NCBI RefSeq assembly: GCF_001194135.2
Contig: NC_068994.1
Location: forward strand, 22,447,928-22,511,927
From: Octopus bimaculoides
Lineage: Eukaryota
Length of the DNA: 64,000 nt
Reading direction: 5' to 3'
Position 1 is the stretch's first letter; the number at the start of each line of letters is the position of its first letter. The notes below the pieces were generated by a model. That model saw only the letters and a list, made by a program, of their open reading frames with translations. It did no database searches and was not told where the DNA came from. Made by a program: the position numbers and the translations under genes. This document shows positions 63,700 through 64,000 of the stretch, in pieces.

Positions 63700-63778
<79 letters not shown>
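63700..63778. repeat. (TG)n microsatellite
   Basis: Direct read. Confidence 0.98.
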
Positions 63779-63779
<1 letters not shown>

Positions 63780-64000
63780 GTTTTATCCAAGAATAAGGGT
63801 CATGTTTCCTTTTTCAGATAGGCAATAGTAAAGAAACTGTTCAGTGTTAGTGAGAATTAGTCATTCAAAGAGATAACCTGATGTAAGCCAGAGAAAAATT
63901 GAATGAAGGAAGCAGCAGATAAAATGGCAATTGAATATTATACTGAATGAAAATGCTAAATATATGATGCAAGCTGAAACGAATAGAAGAAATGAAGTAA

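Overview
AT-rich eukaryotic DNA with six N-gaps, many microsatellites and dense transposon debris. The SINE/RTE families and the KRAB-less C2H2 genes suggest an octopus or other coleoid cephalopod; this is inference, not a database match. The only host genes I can support are two single-coding-exon C2H2 zinc-finger paralogues arranged head-to-head (3255-4499 minus, 20680-22122 plus), around a CpG-richer interval (~12-14.7 kb) with candidate untranslated exons. Both proteins have one degenerate finger plus eight canonical fingers. Both share an ungapped motif, HHQ-x6-D-x-N-x2-W-x-RGF, in otherwise unalignable tails; this is my best candidate for an undescribed effector module. The plus-strand protein also ends in 11 copies of a 9-aa Cys/His repeat. 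From 22.9 kb to the end is a transposon graveyard: several Tc1/mariner elements, RTE and R4-like LINEs, SINEs, MITEs, a foldback palindrome, a probable solo LTR with a housekeeping-type promoter cassette, and a Mag-type Gypsy split by two nested DNA transposons whose removal restores the reading frame. Repeat boundaries were read by eye and are approximate unless TIRs or TSDs are quoted.
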